DNA of 20,000 bases from Chiloscyllium plagiosum (GCF_004010195.1 NC_057718.1:89519137-89539136); one strand, 5' to 3'. Counted from the stretch's first letter, positions 11,126 to 19,865 are shown. Program-made: numbers and translations. The notes: generated by a model from the letters alone, not told the origin.

Positions 11126-11321
11126 GTTTGGAGGAGCTGGTGTTGGACTGGGGTGGACAAAGTTAAAAACCACACGACACCAGGTTATAGTCCAACAGGT
11201 TTATTTGGAAGCACTAGCTTTCGGAGGTGGTTGGCCTGATGAAGGAGCAGCGCTCCGAAAGCTAGTGCTTCCAAATAAACCTGTTGGACTATAACCTGGT
11301 GTCGTGTGGTTTTTAACTTTA
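11126..11321. mobile_element. Palindromic Penelope-like terminal element with a perfect 68-bp inverted repeat and a 9-bp TSD
   Basis: Arms at 11159-11226 and 11253-11320 are exact reverse complements. The element is flanked by ttttacaga at 11117-11125 and 11322-11330 and contains CTGATGA..GAAA. Confidence 0.75.
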
Positions 11322-11458
11322 TTTTACAGAAAATAGGCAACAAACTGCACCAGAAAATTCAGCAGATAATCAGTAAAATTAACTGTTACTTTTGCGACAT
11401 AAAGCTGGTTTGCGACTTCAATGAGCGTGCCCACAGTTAGTTCGGAGTCAGGCTGTAC

Positions 11459-11631
11459 CTGTGACAGTTCACGGAGCTACTGACGACCTTGGCCCAAGCC
11501 TCTTTAAGAGCCTGAAGCTGGTTCTGAATAGCATCCCTTGCCTCCTGGTTACTGCTCTTCAGAGACTGTTCCCCTTTACCAAGCGTCATGTTCAGCTTCA
11601 CCTCGCCTTCACCCTTCATCAGCAGGATCTC
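11459..11631 (-). CDS. SYNE1: Nesprin-1 internal exon B (173 nt; EILLMKGEGEVKLNMTLGKGEQ...SSSVNCH)
   Basis: Acceptor TCCTGTCTAG|GAG and donor CACAG|GTACAG. Matches the recalled human DILLMKGEGEVKLNMAIGKGEQALRSSN motif. Phase 0 to 2, consistent with both neighbouring exons. Confidence 0.93.
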
Positions 11632-11871
11632 CTAGACAGGATAACACAACAAGTTCAAAACAAGTATAGTGTCCTTTTTTTTTAAACACTGGCTGCACCA
11701 GGAGAGCCTGCGTTGTTAAATCTCCCCATTCGCTGTGAGGGGGGGAAGACTGTACCATTCTGTTCCACAGTAAAGTCAGAAATACACACAGCAGGTTTTG
11801 GTGTGTGAGTTGATGTTTCAGTATGACTTTACCTCAGAACGCTGAAGAAGGGTCAAAAAGGGATGGATTTC

Positions 11872-12390
11872 AATCCAACTTGTCCATACTGACCAGGTAT
11901 CCTAACTAAACTAGTCCACTACAATACTCCACAACCACCTGATGAAGGAGCACTCTGAAAGCTAGTGCTTCCAATTAAACCTGTTGGACTTTAACCTGGT
12001 GTTGTGTGATTGTTAACTTTGTACACCCCTGTCCAACACCAGCACCTCCAAATCATAAACTAGTCCCATTTGCCTACGTTTGGCCCATATCTCTCTAAAC
12101 CTTCCCTATTCATGTACCTATTTTTTTAAACATTGTAATTGTACCAGCCCCCACCACTTCCTCTGGCAGCTCATTCCACACACACACCACCCTCTGTGTA
12201 TAAATGTTGTTCTTCACGTCCCTTTTAAATCTTTCCCCTCTCACCTTCAACCTATGCCCTCTAGTTTTGGACTCCCCTATTCTGGGGAAAAGACCTTGGT
12301 TATTCACCCTATCCATGTCCCTGATGATTTTATAGACCTCTATAAGGTCACCCCTCAGCCTCCAACCCTCCAGTGTGAAAAATCCCAGCT
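11872..12390 (-). mobile_element. CR1 3' fragment interrupted by a Penelope-like insert
   Basis: ORF 12110..12454 reads LGFFTLEGWRLRGDLIEVYKII..TRGHRLKVRGERFK..TQRVVCVWNELPEEVV. Confidence 0.88.
11918..12055 (+). mobile_element. Penelope-like terminal fragment (same family as 11126-11321) with an 11-bp TSD
   Basis: caccTGATGAaggagcactctGAAAgctagtgcttcc..cctgttggact, flanked by taaactagtcc at 11907-11917 and 12056-12066. Confidence 0.7.
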
Positions 12391-12414
12391 CGGCCACACA
12401 TACTAGACTGCCTA

Positions 12415-12966
12415 TGAGAATCATAGAATTACCTACTGTGTGGGTGCAGGCCATTCAGCCCATCAAATTCACACCAACCCTCCAAAGAGCAACTCACCCA
12501 GACCCACTCCCCTACCCTATCCCCTGCAACCCTGCATTTCCCATGGCCAATCCACCCTAACCTACACTTCCTGGGCATCATGGGCAACTTAGCATGATCA
12601 ATCCACCTAACCCACACACCCCTGTGCACTATGGGCAATTTAGCATGGCCAATTCACCTAGCCTACACATCCCTAAGCACTATGGGCAATTTATCATGGC
12701 CAACCCACCTAACCTACACATCCCTGGACACCAATGGCAATTTAGCATGGCCAATCCACCTGATCTGCACATCTTTGGAGTGTAGGAGGACACTGGAGCA
12801 CCCGGAGGAAATCCATGCAGACATGGGGAGAATATGCAAACTCCAGACAGTTGTCTGAGGGCGGGATCGGAATATGCAAACTCCAGACAGTTGTCTGAGG
12901 GCGGGATCGAACCCGGGTCCCTGGTGCTGTGAGGTAGCAGTGCTGACCACTGAGCCATCGTGGTGG
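12415..12966 (-). mobile_element. HE1-type V-SINE with an expanded 51-bp internal repeat and a 40-bp duplication
   Basis: Head at about 12910-12966 (reverse complement tggctcagtggtcagcactgctacctcacagc), V-domain, and 51-bp units from 12542. Confidence 0.85.
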
Positions 12967-12999
12967 TGCTGATGAGCTGCTCCTTTGAATAATATATGG

Positions 13000-13200
13000 T
13001 GTTCATTACACAGAAGGTTGTGAAGGCCGAGTCACTCAAGGAAGAATTTGATCAATTTTTAGATACTAAAGGCATCATGGGATATGAAGAGAAAGTGGAA
13101 ATATGGCGATGAGATAGAGGATCAGCCACGATAATTCGGGTTGGCAGGGCAGGCTCAAAGGACTGAACAGCCTACTCCTGCTCTGATTTTTGATGTTTCA
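13000..13200 (+). mobile_element. CR1 3' fragment (older subfamily)
   Basis: ttcattacacagaaggttgtgaa..aggatcagccacgat..ggcaggctcaaaggactgaacagcctactcctgctc. Confidence 0.65.
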
Positions 13201-13730
13201 AACATTCTATCACTGCAGTCTATCTTACATTGGTACATTCACAGTACTGATTGGAAAGGTACTCCAGGATTTTGACCCAGCAGCAATGAAGGAACAGCGA
13301 TATATGTCTAAGTCAGGGATGGTGTGTTGCTTGGAGGGGAACTTGCTGGTGGTGGTACTCCCATGTATCTGTTATTGTTGTCATCCTGGATGGTACACGT
13401 CATGGGTTTGGTGGGTGATGTAAATGGTATTTGTGACTCCAGTCAGACACCAATGTGCTTGACTCTTAACTGCCCTGTGCAGTGGGCATTAACTGAAACA
13501 TTATTTTCTGAAGGGAAATAAGGCTTGCACAACAAATGAATTGGTTTGCCAGCAATGCCCTCATTTTGAGGCTGAGTCAAGAGATGTGAGTTGACTCACA
13601 TGCACACAGATCAGGCAGCACCGGGTAAGAAAACAAACCGAAAAAGACAGAGTGGGGGAGCGTCAGTATTTTCAGTTCCTTGAGCAGCTCTGCCCAAGAA
13701 AGCTCCCGTTTGAAGAGGTGCAGGGGTAAA

Positions 13731-14305
13731 TCTGGATCTGGTTACCCACATCCATACCACACCAGGATCTGGTTACCCATGTCCATACCTCACCAGGATC
13801 TGGTTACCCATGTCCATACCACAGCAAGATATGGTTACCCATGTCCATACCACAGCAGGATAAGGTTACCCATGTCCATATCACACCAGGACCTGGTTAC
13901 CTGTATCTCTACCACACCAGGATCTAGTTAGCCATGTCCATAACCACACTACGATCTGGTTAGCCATAGCTCTACCACACCAGGATCTGGTTACCTGTAT
14001 CTACACCACATGGGCATCTGGTTACCCATATCCATAACATGGGAAAGTGAGGATTGCAGATGCTGGAGATCAGAGCTGGAAATGTGTTGCTGGAAAAGTG
14101 CAGCAGGTCAGGCAGCATCCAAGGAACAGGAGAATCAACGTTTCGGGCATAAGGGCTCATGCCCGAAACGTCGATTCTCCTGCTCCTTGGATGCTGTCTG
14201 ACCTGCTGCGCTTTTCCAGCAACACATTTTCAGCTCATATCCATAACATACCAGGATCTGGTTACCCATATCTACACAACATGTGGATCTGGTTATCTAT
14301 ATCAA
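13731..14305. repeat. 31-bp minisatellite, consensus ACCAGGATCTGGTTACCCATGTCCATACCAC, about 12 units, interrupted at 14041-14235
   Basis: Units start at 13761, 13792, 13823 and onward with 31-bp periodicity. Confidence 0.9.
14041..14235. mobile_element. Palindromic Penelope-like terminal element with a 14-bp TSD
   Basis: Near-perfect inverted arms at about 14073-14150 and 14159-14236, flanked by catatccataacat at 14027-14040 and 14236-14249. Confidence 0.75.
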
Positions 14306-14335
14306 TATCTACACTTATATCTAGATTAGAGAGGT

Positions 14336-14894
14336 TGTAAAGCAGAGGTGCTGAGCAGTCTGGGGTAGTGGAAACACCTTGGGAGGTTTTGGGATTTTGT
14401 TAAACAGCCTGAATGGGTGTGGCCAGTTCTCACAGACAAGGATTTCTGGATTTTGGTTTTTTCAATAGCATCAGAAGCTTCGGGGTCTCAACACAGTTGG
14501 CAGCTTCAGTAAATACTACTCTCTCTGAATTTTCTCTTAACATTTTTCCCTTCTGGTTGGGAGAACTGCATGTGAGAATCTGAGTTTGAATTTTTCTTTT
14601 TTCCCCAGGAGTGTGTTTATGGGATATTACCATATTGGAACAGCTAATTACCAATAGATATTATATCTATTATTTGGTTAAGTTTTCCAATAGAGTTAAG
14701 TTATTCTAATGTCCTCTTTCTTTTGTTGCATTTTAACTACAGTATTTAAATAAATTGTGTTTTGATTAATGTCAAGTAGTTTGACCGGTCGCATTGCATC
14801 TGGAACAGACACTTCACATTTACCTTTAAAATAAAGTTAGGGTCTTGGCTTCCTTCTTAAAATATTTTGAGGGGGTCTGGTCTGGTCCATAATA
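14336..14894 (+). mobile_element. Probable solo LTR (Gypsy-like), possibly 5'-truncated
   Basis: An AT-rich block of about 560 bp between two related minisatellites. It begins TGTAA, ends ggtctggtctggtccataata (a decayed ...AACA end) and has AATAAA at 14749 and 14830. The end resembles a recalled shark LTR terminus. No TSD verified. Confidence 0.45.
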
Positions 14895-15173
14895 CCTGGA
14901 TCTATCTGGCCAATCCTATCTGGATCTCACCTGGATCTGGTCAATCTTATCTGGATCTCACCTGGATCTTACCAATCCTATCTATCCCACACCTGGATCT
15001 GGCCAATCCTATCTGGATCTCACCTAGATCTGGCCAATCCTATCTGGATCTCACCTGGATCTTGCCAATCCTATCTGGACCTCACCTGGATGTGACTGAC
15101 ACACCTGGATCTTGCCAATCCTATCTGGACCTCACCTGGATCTTGCCAATCCTATCTGGATCTCACCTGGATC
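14895..15173. repeat. 31-bp minisatellite CTGGATCTTGCCAATCCTATCTGGATCTCAC (about 9 units) containing the exon A 5' splice site
   Basis: The cac|ctgg junction (variant ctag at 15023) recurs at 14930, 14961, 14992, 15023, 15054, 15085, 15104, 15135 and 15166. Confidence 0.92.
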
Positions 15174-15458
15174 TGAAGCAGCTGTTTTTCCAGTGCGGCC
15201 TTGCTGCCCACAGTGCTGTCGATGGCTGTGATTCTGCTCTGGACCTCTCTGAGCCAGGCCCAGGTGCTCTGCAGTGTTTCCTCGAAGACCTGGTGCTCCT
15301 GTAGCCCCAGCTGGCCAGCTCTCAGCTTCTCCTTCACCGTCTTGGCCAGCTGCTGGTGCCGGGCTAGCAACTGGGAGGCAGGCCGAGTGGCCCCTCCGTC
15401 TCCGTAGCCCAGCTCGTTCAGAGTCTGCGCCTTCTGGCACAGGCTGTCGAAAGCATCC
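15167..15458 (-). CDS. SYNE1: Nesprin-1 internal exon A (292 nt; DAFDSLCQKAQTLNELG...SKAALEKQLLQIQ)
   Basis: Acceptor TTTGCCCACACAG|G and donor ATCCAG|GTGAGA. The translation KEKLRAGQLGLQEHQVFEETLQSTWAWL...STVGSKAALEKQLLQIQ resembles recalled human nesprin-1 KEKLRSCQVALQEHEALEEALQSMW...STLGSKDTLEKRLSQIQ. Starts in phase 2, ends in phase 0. Confidence 0.92.
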
Positions 15459-15774
15459 CTGTGTGGGCAAAGAGGAAAACATAGGCGTCAAAGTGACAGC
15501 ATCTCACAGGACGGACGGCTCCTTTGATGGGTGGGGATGATCCTGAGGTAGATGGAAATGTGCTGTGGTGATGCAGCTTCATGTGAATCGGCTGCCATCT
15601 GTCACGGAAACATCTCAGTCCTGGACAGGCACCGCAGCTCTGGGGTTTATCACCATCCCTGTCCCTCTGACTCCCTCCCCAAGCCCAACTCAAGGCCTCA
15701 CCCAGACCCATACCCCCTACCCTATCCTCGAGAGGCCTGTGGGCCTCTCCCCCACTTTGCTGCTCCTGCTTTCC

Positions 15775-15814
15775 GGGACTCAGTCCTGCTCCCTGGGACT
15801 CAGTCCTGCTCCCT
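15775..15814. repeat. Perfect 20-bp tandem duplication GGGACTCAGTCCTGCTCCCT x2
   Basis: Directly visible. Confidence 0.9.
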
Positions 15815-17007
15815 CTATGGGCTAAGGCCTCTCTTTCAGGGTTCAGGGAAGCCAACAAGGAGACCTGAGCAGCAGCTACAGGAAACCTCCACCAGGAATT
15901 TCCCTGGCAGAGGCCTCCCGGCCTGTCTGCTGCACTACCCCACCCACCCAACCTCGCCATTGGTGGCCCTACCTGAGGACCGCTGGTTCTGGAGCCCCCA
16001 CCCCGGGCACTGCTGAGGGAGGCTGGCGACCTTTGGGATGGGGGGGGGCACATTTCCAAAATGGTGGCACGCCACAATCCAAAAAACAAACAATTTGACA
16101 GGGACTGGACTCTCAGCATGAAGAGGGCGTCACTCCAGCTGACCCACTGCAGCTAAGGGATGTCCATCCCTTTGACAGGCATAGATCCTCTCTGGCTCCG
16201 AAACCCCCTTGGGCTCCTACTCGGTCACTGTCTCCACTAGGTTGTCAGTCTCTGAACGTTGCAGAAGATGTTGCCAGCGGGGAAGAAGACTGCCCCAAAT
16301 TTAGAACCTCAATCACTTCAGTGGACAGCCAGCCCTCCAAACTTCCTGCTGGTCAACACCTAGGAAAGTCCCAGCTGCTGGGAATACATCCCGGAGCAAT
16401 GACTTCCTGCTGTTCTCCGAGACTATCCGTCAGCCTTCCCAGCTCGCCACTCCAGGACTGGGTAAAAGCAGCCTTATCTGTCCTTTTAAAACCAGTTTGT
16501 TCGACCTGGCTTCAAGCCATTATCCTGACCAAAGCTTTCCCATTCCATCTTCGACGTTCTGCGGATGTGTCTCACTGTTATTTCAGAACGAAGGCTTCCC
16601 CTACTTTAGGCTCACTGGACACATACAGAATCAAAATTCAATATTTGTGAACTTGAATCTAAAGATGCAGGGACAAGATGGGATCCAACACATTCAGTGT
16701 TTTGCACTCAGTGAGAGATTTGAGGCTATCCATTGATTTAGCAAATACATTGCCATTTCCACAGTGAAGGTATGGTGGCTCTGTAAGCCTGTTTCATTTT
16801 ATTCACAGGAATGGATTGCCCCTTTAATGGGCTATTACAGAGGACAACAGACTTCCCTCCCTCACTGAACCAATTGGGTTTTTATGACTATCTGGCCATA
16901 TGAGATATTTTCTTAATTCTGGAATTTTATCGAGTTTGTATTTCATCGTTTGCTACGGTGGGACTCGAATCCATGTCCCACAGCATTAGACTGGCCTTCT
17001 GGACTAC

Positions 17008-17221
17008 ACTTCGAGGAGAAAGTGAGGACTGCAGATGCTGTAGATCAGAGCTGATAATGTGTTGCTGGAAAAGCCCCCAAGTCCCTCCTCCCTTCCTTTT
17101 ATCTTAGCCTGCTGGACACACTTTCCTCATTCCTGAAGAAGGGCTCATGCCCGAAACGTCGATTCTCCTACTCCTTGGATGCTGCCTGACCTGCTGGCCT
17201 TTTCCAGCAACACATTATCAG
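17008..17221 (+). mobile_element. Penelope-like terminal element (short inverted arm plus hammerhead-bearing arm) with a 12-bp TSD
   Basis: Flanked by cttctggactac at 16996-17007 and 17222-17233. agctgataatgtgttgctggaaaag pairs with cttttccagcaacacattatcagct. Confidence 0.75.
17129..17164 (+). ncRNA. Putative minimal type I hammerhead ribozyme motif
   Basis: ATTC-CTGAAGA-A-GGGC-tcat-GCCC-GAAAC-GTC-GATT, with one mismatch in helix I. Confidence 0.5.
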
Positions 17222-17375
17222 CTTCTGGACTACTCACCCAGAGACACTACCACGACATCATCGCCTCTCCACTATGTGTAATCAAAGGCAAGAAGCCAGA
17301 ATTATCAGGCTGCTCAGTGCTGGGGTCAGGCCAGGAGGGAACCTGTTTCAACAAACCCAGCATTCTGGGCTGACA

Positions 17376-17687
17376 TCACAGAATCCCGATAGTGTGGAAG
17401 CAGGCCGTTCAGCCCATCAGATTGACACCGATCTTCCAAAGAGCATCGCACCCAGTGCCATACTCACTACCCTATCCTTGCACACAATGGGGCAATTTAG
17501 CATGGCCAATCCACTCTAACCTGCACATCTTTGGACTATGGGAGGAAACAGAAGCACCTGGAGGAAACCCACACAGACACGGGGAGAATGTGCAAGGGGA
17601 GAACCCACACATACAGTCGCCCGAGGCTGGAATCGAACTTGGGTCCCTGGTACTGAGAGGCAGCAGTGCTAACCACTGAGCCACTGT
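17376..17687 (-). mobile_element. HE1-type V-SINE
   Basis: The reverse complement starts cagtggctcagtggttagcactgctgcctctcag and carries the V-domain and tail. Confidence 0.85.
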
Positions 17688-18309
17688 AATTAGGGACTAC
17701 ACAATCTCTCTTCTAGTTTCGGAAGAAGGCCATGCATTATTGACCTAACGTTGCCACCTCGATTGAATAACTCTTTCAAAGAGCCAGCACAGGCTTAATG
17801 GAAGCTCCTGTATGATTCCTGAAGTGACCAGGCTCACTGGAGTGATAGAAATTTGAAACCAGGGAAGAGAATAGAAAGGATGGTCACATTTGGTGGGCAA
17901 ACTAGAAAAAAATGCAGAACAAACAGCTCCAGATACCATCGAAGCCTGTTTAATTTTCATTCACACACATTGCTGTAAATTTGACGATCATGTTTCCGGC
18001 CAAAGTTGAAATTCCCAAATGTGCCAAAAAAAAACAAAGGTGACACTATCCAGGTTCCCACAGTTGGCCGGGTTACTGGGCTGAGATACCAGATATGGTG
18101 AGCCTTACATGTCCTGAATAACCTTACACTGGGAGAGAGAGAGAGAGACCTGTGTTCATGGTCACAGAGAATCACCGTGACTGGAAGTTCCTTGGGTCTC
18201 GACTGGATGACCATGATATCTTCTGTTATGCCTCATCACTCTCTACAGAAACTCTGCTGCAGTGCTGTGCTTGCCGTGAGTCAAACAAGTGACTCTATCT
18301 TCTTAAAAA

Positions 18310-18453
18310 AAAACACCCAAAGAGCTGCAGATGCTGGAAATCAAGGCACAAAAAAAAACAGAAATTGCTGGGAAAAACTCAGCAGGTCTGACAGCATCTG
18401 TTCAGAGAAAGCAGAGTTAATGTTTCAGGTCCAGTGACCTTCTCCACAACTGG
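18310..18453 (-). mobile_element. Older Penelope-like terminal fragment
   Basis: ctgcagatgctggaaatc..aaattgctgggaaaaactcagcaggtctgacagcatc..gttaatgtttcaggtc, with a decayed hammerhead core on the minus strand. Confidence 0.55.
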
Positions 18454-18456
18454 TAA

Positions 18457-18728
18457 TATAGAGTCACAAAGATGTACAACATGGAAACTGGTCCTTCAGT
18501 CCAACCCGTCCATGCCGACCAGATATCCCAATCTAATCTAGTCCCATTTGCCAGCACTTGGTCCATATCCCTTAAACCCTTCCTATTCATATACCCATCC
18601 AGGCGCCTTTTAAATGTTGTAATTGTACCAGCCTCCACCACTTCCTCTGGCAGCTCATTCCACACACGCACCACACTCTGCATGAAAAAGTTGCCTCTTT
18701 TATATCTTTCCCCTCTCACCCTAAACCC
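18457..18728 (-). mobile_element. CR1 3' fragment
   Basis: ORF 18417..18761 reads FRVRGERYKRGNFFMQSVVRVWNELPEEVVEAGTITTFKRRLDGYM. Confidence 0.88.
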
Positions 18729-18902
18729 AAGTAACAAGTTGCCTGGATACCTGTTTCTCACAGTATACTGTCAGTGGACAGTATTTATTGGAGGTTAATG
18801 GAGTTCCACAATATCTGCTCCCTGTTGGGAAAGGGTGATGGCCTCATAGTATTATCGTTAGACCTGAACATTCAGGTCACGTACTGAGGACCCAGGTCCG
18901 AA

Positions 18903-19030
18903 GAGAAAGTGAGGTCTGCAGATGCTGGAGATCAAAGTTGAAACTTTATTGCTGGAACAGCACAGCAGGTCAGGCAGCATCCAGGGAACAGGAGATTCGA
19001 CGTTTCGGGCACAGGCCCTTCTTCAGGAAT
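18903..19030 (-). mobile_element. Penelope-like terminal fragment with a 14-bp TSD (1 mismatch)
   Basis: Flanked by gacccaggtccgaa (18889-18902) and gacccaagtccgaa (19031-19044). Confidence 0.75.
18995..19030 (-). ncRNA. Putative minimal type I hammerhead ribozyme motif
   Basis: The minus strand reads ATTC-CTGAAGA-A-GGGC-ctgt-GCCC-GAAAC-GTC-GAAT: intact core, 4-bp helix I, 4-bp helix II and palindromic ACGT in place of helix III. Confidence 0.6.
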
Positions 19031-19865
19031 GACCCAAGTCCGAATCCCACCAAGGTGGTGGAATTTGAATTCAATTTTTTAAAATCTGGAATCACATGTC
19101 TAAGGATGACCAATTGTTGGGGAAAAACCCACCTGGTTCACTAATGGTCTTTAGGGAAGGAAATCTGCTATCCATACCTGGTCTAACCTATGTCTGATTC
19201 CAGACATACAGCAAAATGGCTGAATCTAAACTGTTCTCTAGGGTTTACAATAAATGCTGGCCTATCCAGCGACGCCCTTATCCCATGAATGAAGGAATAA
19301 AGGTGGCAGGGATGACACACACTTGAGAGCCACTGAGAGCCTTGGGGAAGGGCCCGAAGTATTACTGTCAGGCATTTAGAATGGCCACCGTTTGGATTGA
19401 GGACCCCAGGTACGAAGCCCCAGCCAATCAGAAGTTGGCAGCAACCAGCAAAGCGGCCACCAGAGGCCCAGGATGACAAGATGCCCAGGTCACAGTGAGT
19501 AAGGATTGGATGAGGGTACGTTACAAGAGGGTTGAATGCCAGGGTAAGGTGTTGGCGCTCAGTGGGGACCATCCTATTGTTGGGTACCTCGATCAGGAAC
19601 TGAGTGCCTTCGTACGAGGGGACCTCGAACCCGGGATCCCACAGGAAAACCTCTAGGTCTGCTTTTGTGCTTTCTGAGCAGCAACTGCATCACCTGCCTG
19701 AATATCAACAGCATTAATCCACCATAAAAGGGCTTCAAATTGGGTGATGGGAAAGTACAGGCATGATGGGCCAAAAGATCTCCTTTTGTGCCATGATCAT
19801 GTGACAAGGAGGCCGTCATGAGCCTGATGTAATCAGGGAGGGGAAGGCATTAGAATCATCACCCA

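Larger units (their letters stand above)
16850..17270 (-). mobile_element. tRNA-derived SINE (family A) interrupted by a Penelope-like insert
   Basis: cactgaaccaattgggttttt..ttaattctggaatttt..gtgggactcgaatcc..ctggactac aligns with 3735-4030. Confidence 0.65.
18830..19300 (+). mobile_element. tRNA-derived SINE (family A) interrupted in its B-box region by a Penelope-like insert
   Basis: Head ggtgatggcctcatagtatt, core gaatttgaattcaa and tail caataaatgctggcctatccagcgacgccc..atcccatgaatgaa. Confidence 0.75.

Noticed and set aside
13731..15173. CRISPR-like array (repeats of about 31 bp)
   Set aside because: The units are head-to-tail with no unique spacers, there are no cas genes, and the context is a vertebrate intron.
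14867..15304. 145-aa plus-strand ORF with repeated LDLTWILPILS motifs
   Set aside because: It is a translation of the minisatellite plus the antisense strand of exon A.
1464..15458. SYNE2, dystrophin/utrophin or MACF1 as the gene identity
   Set aside because: The motifs MKGEGEVKLNM, SAKEELHRWSD and TDEE.VECW, and their order, match my recollection of nesprin-1 specifically. A BLASTP search would confirm this.
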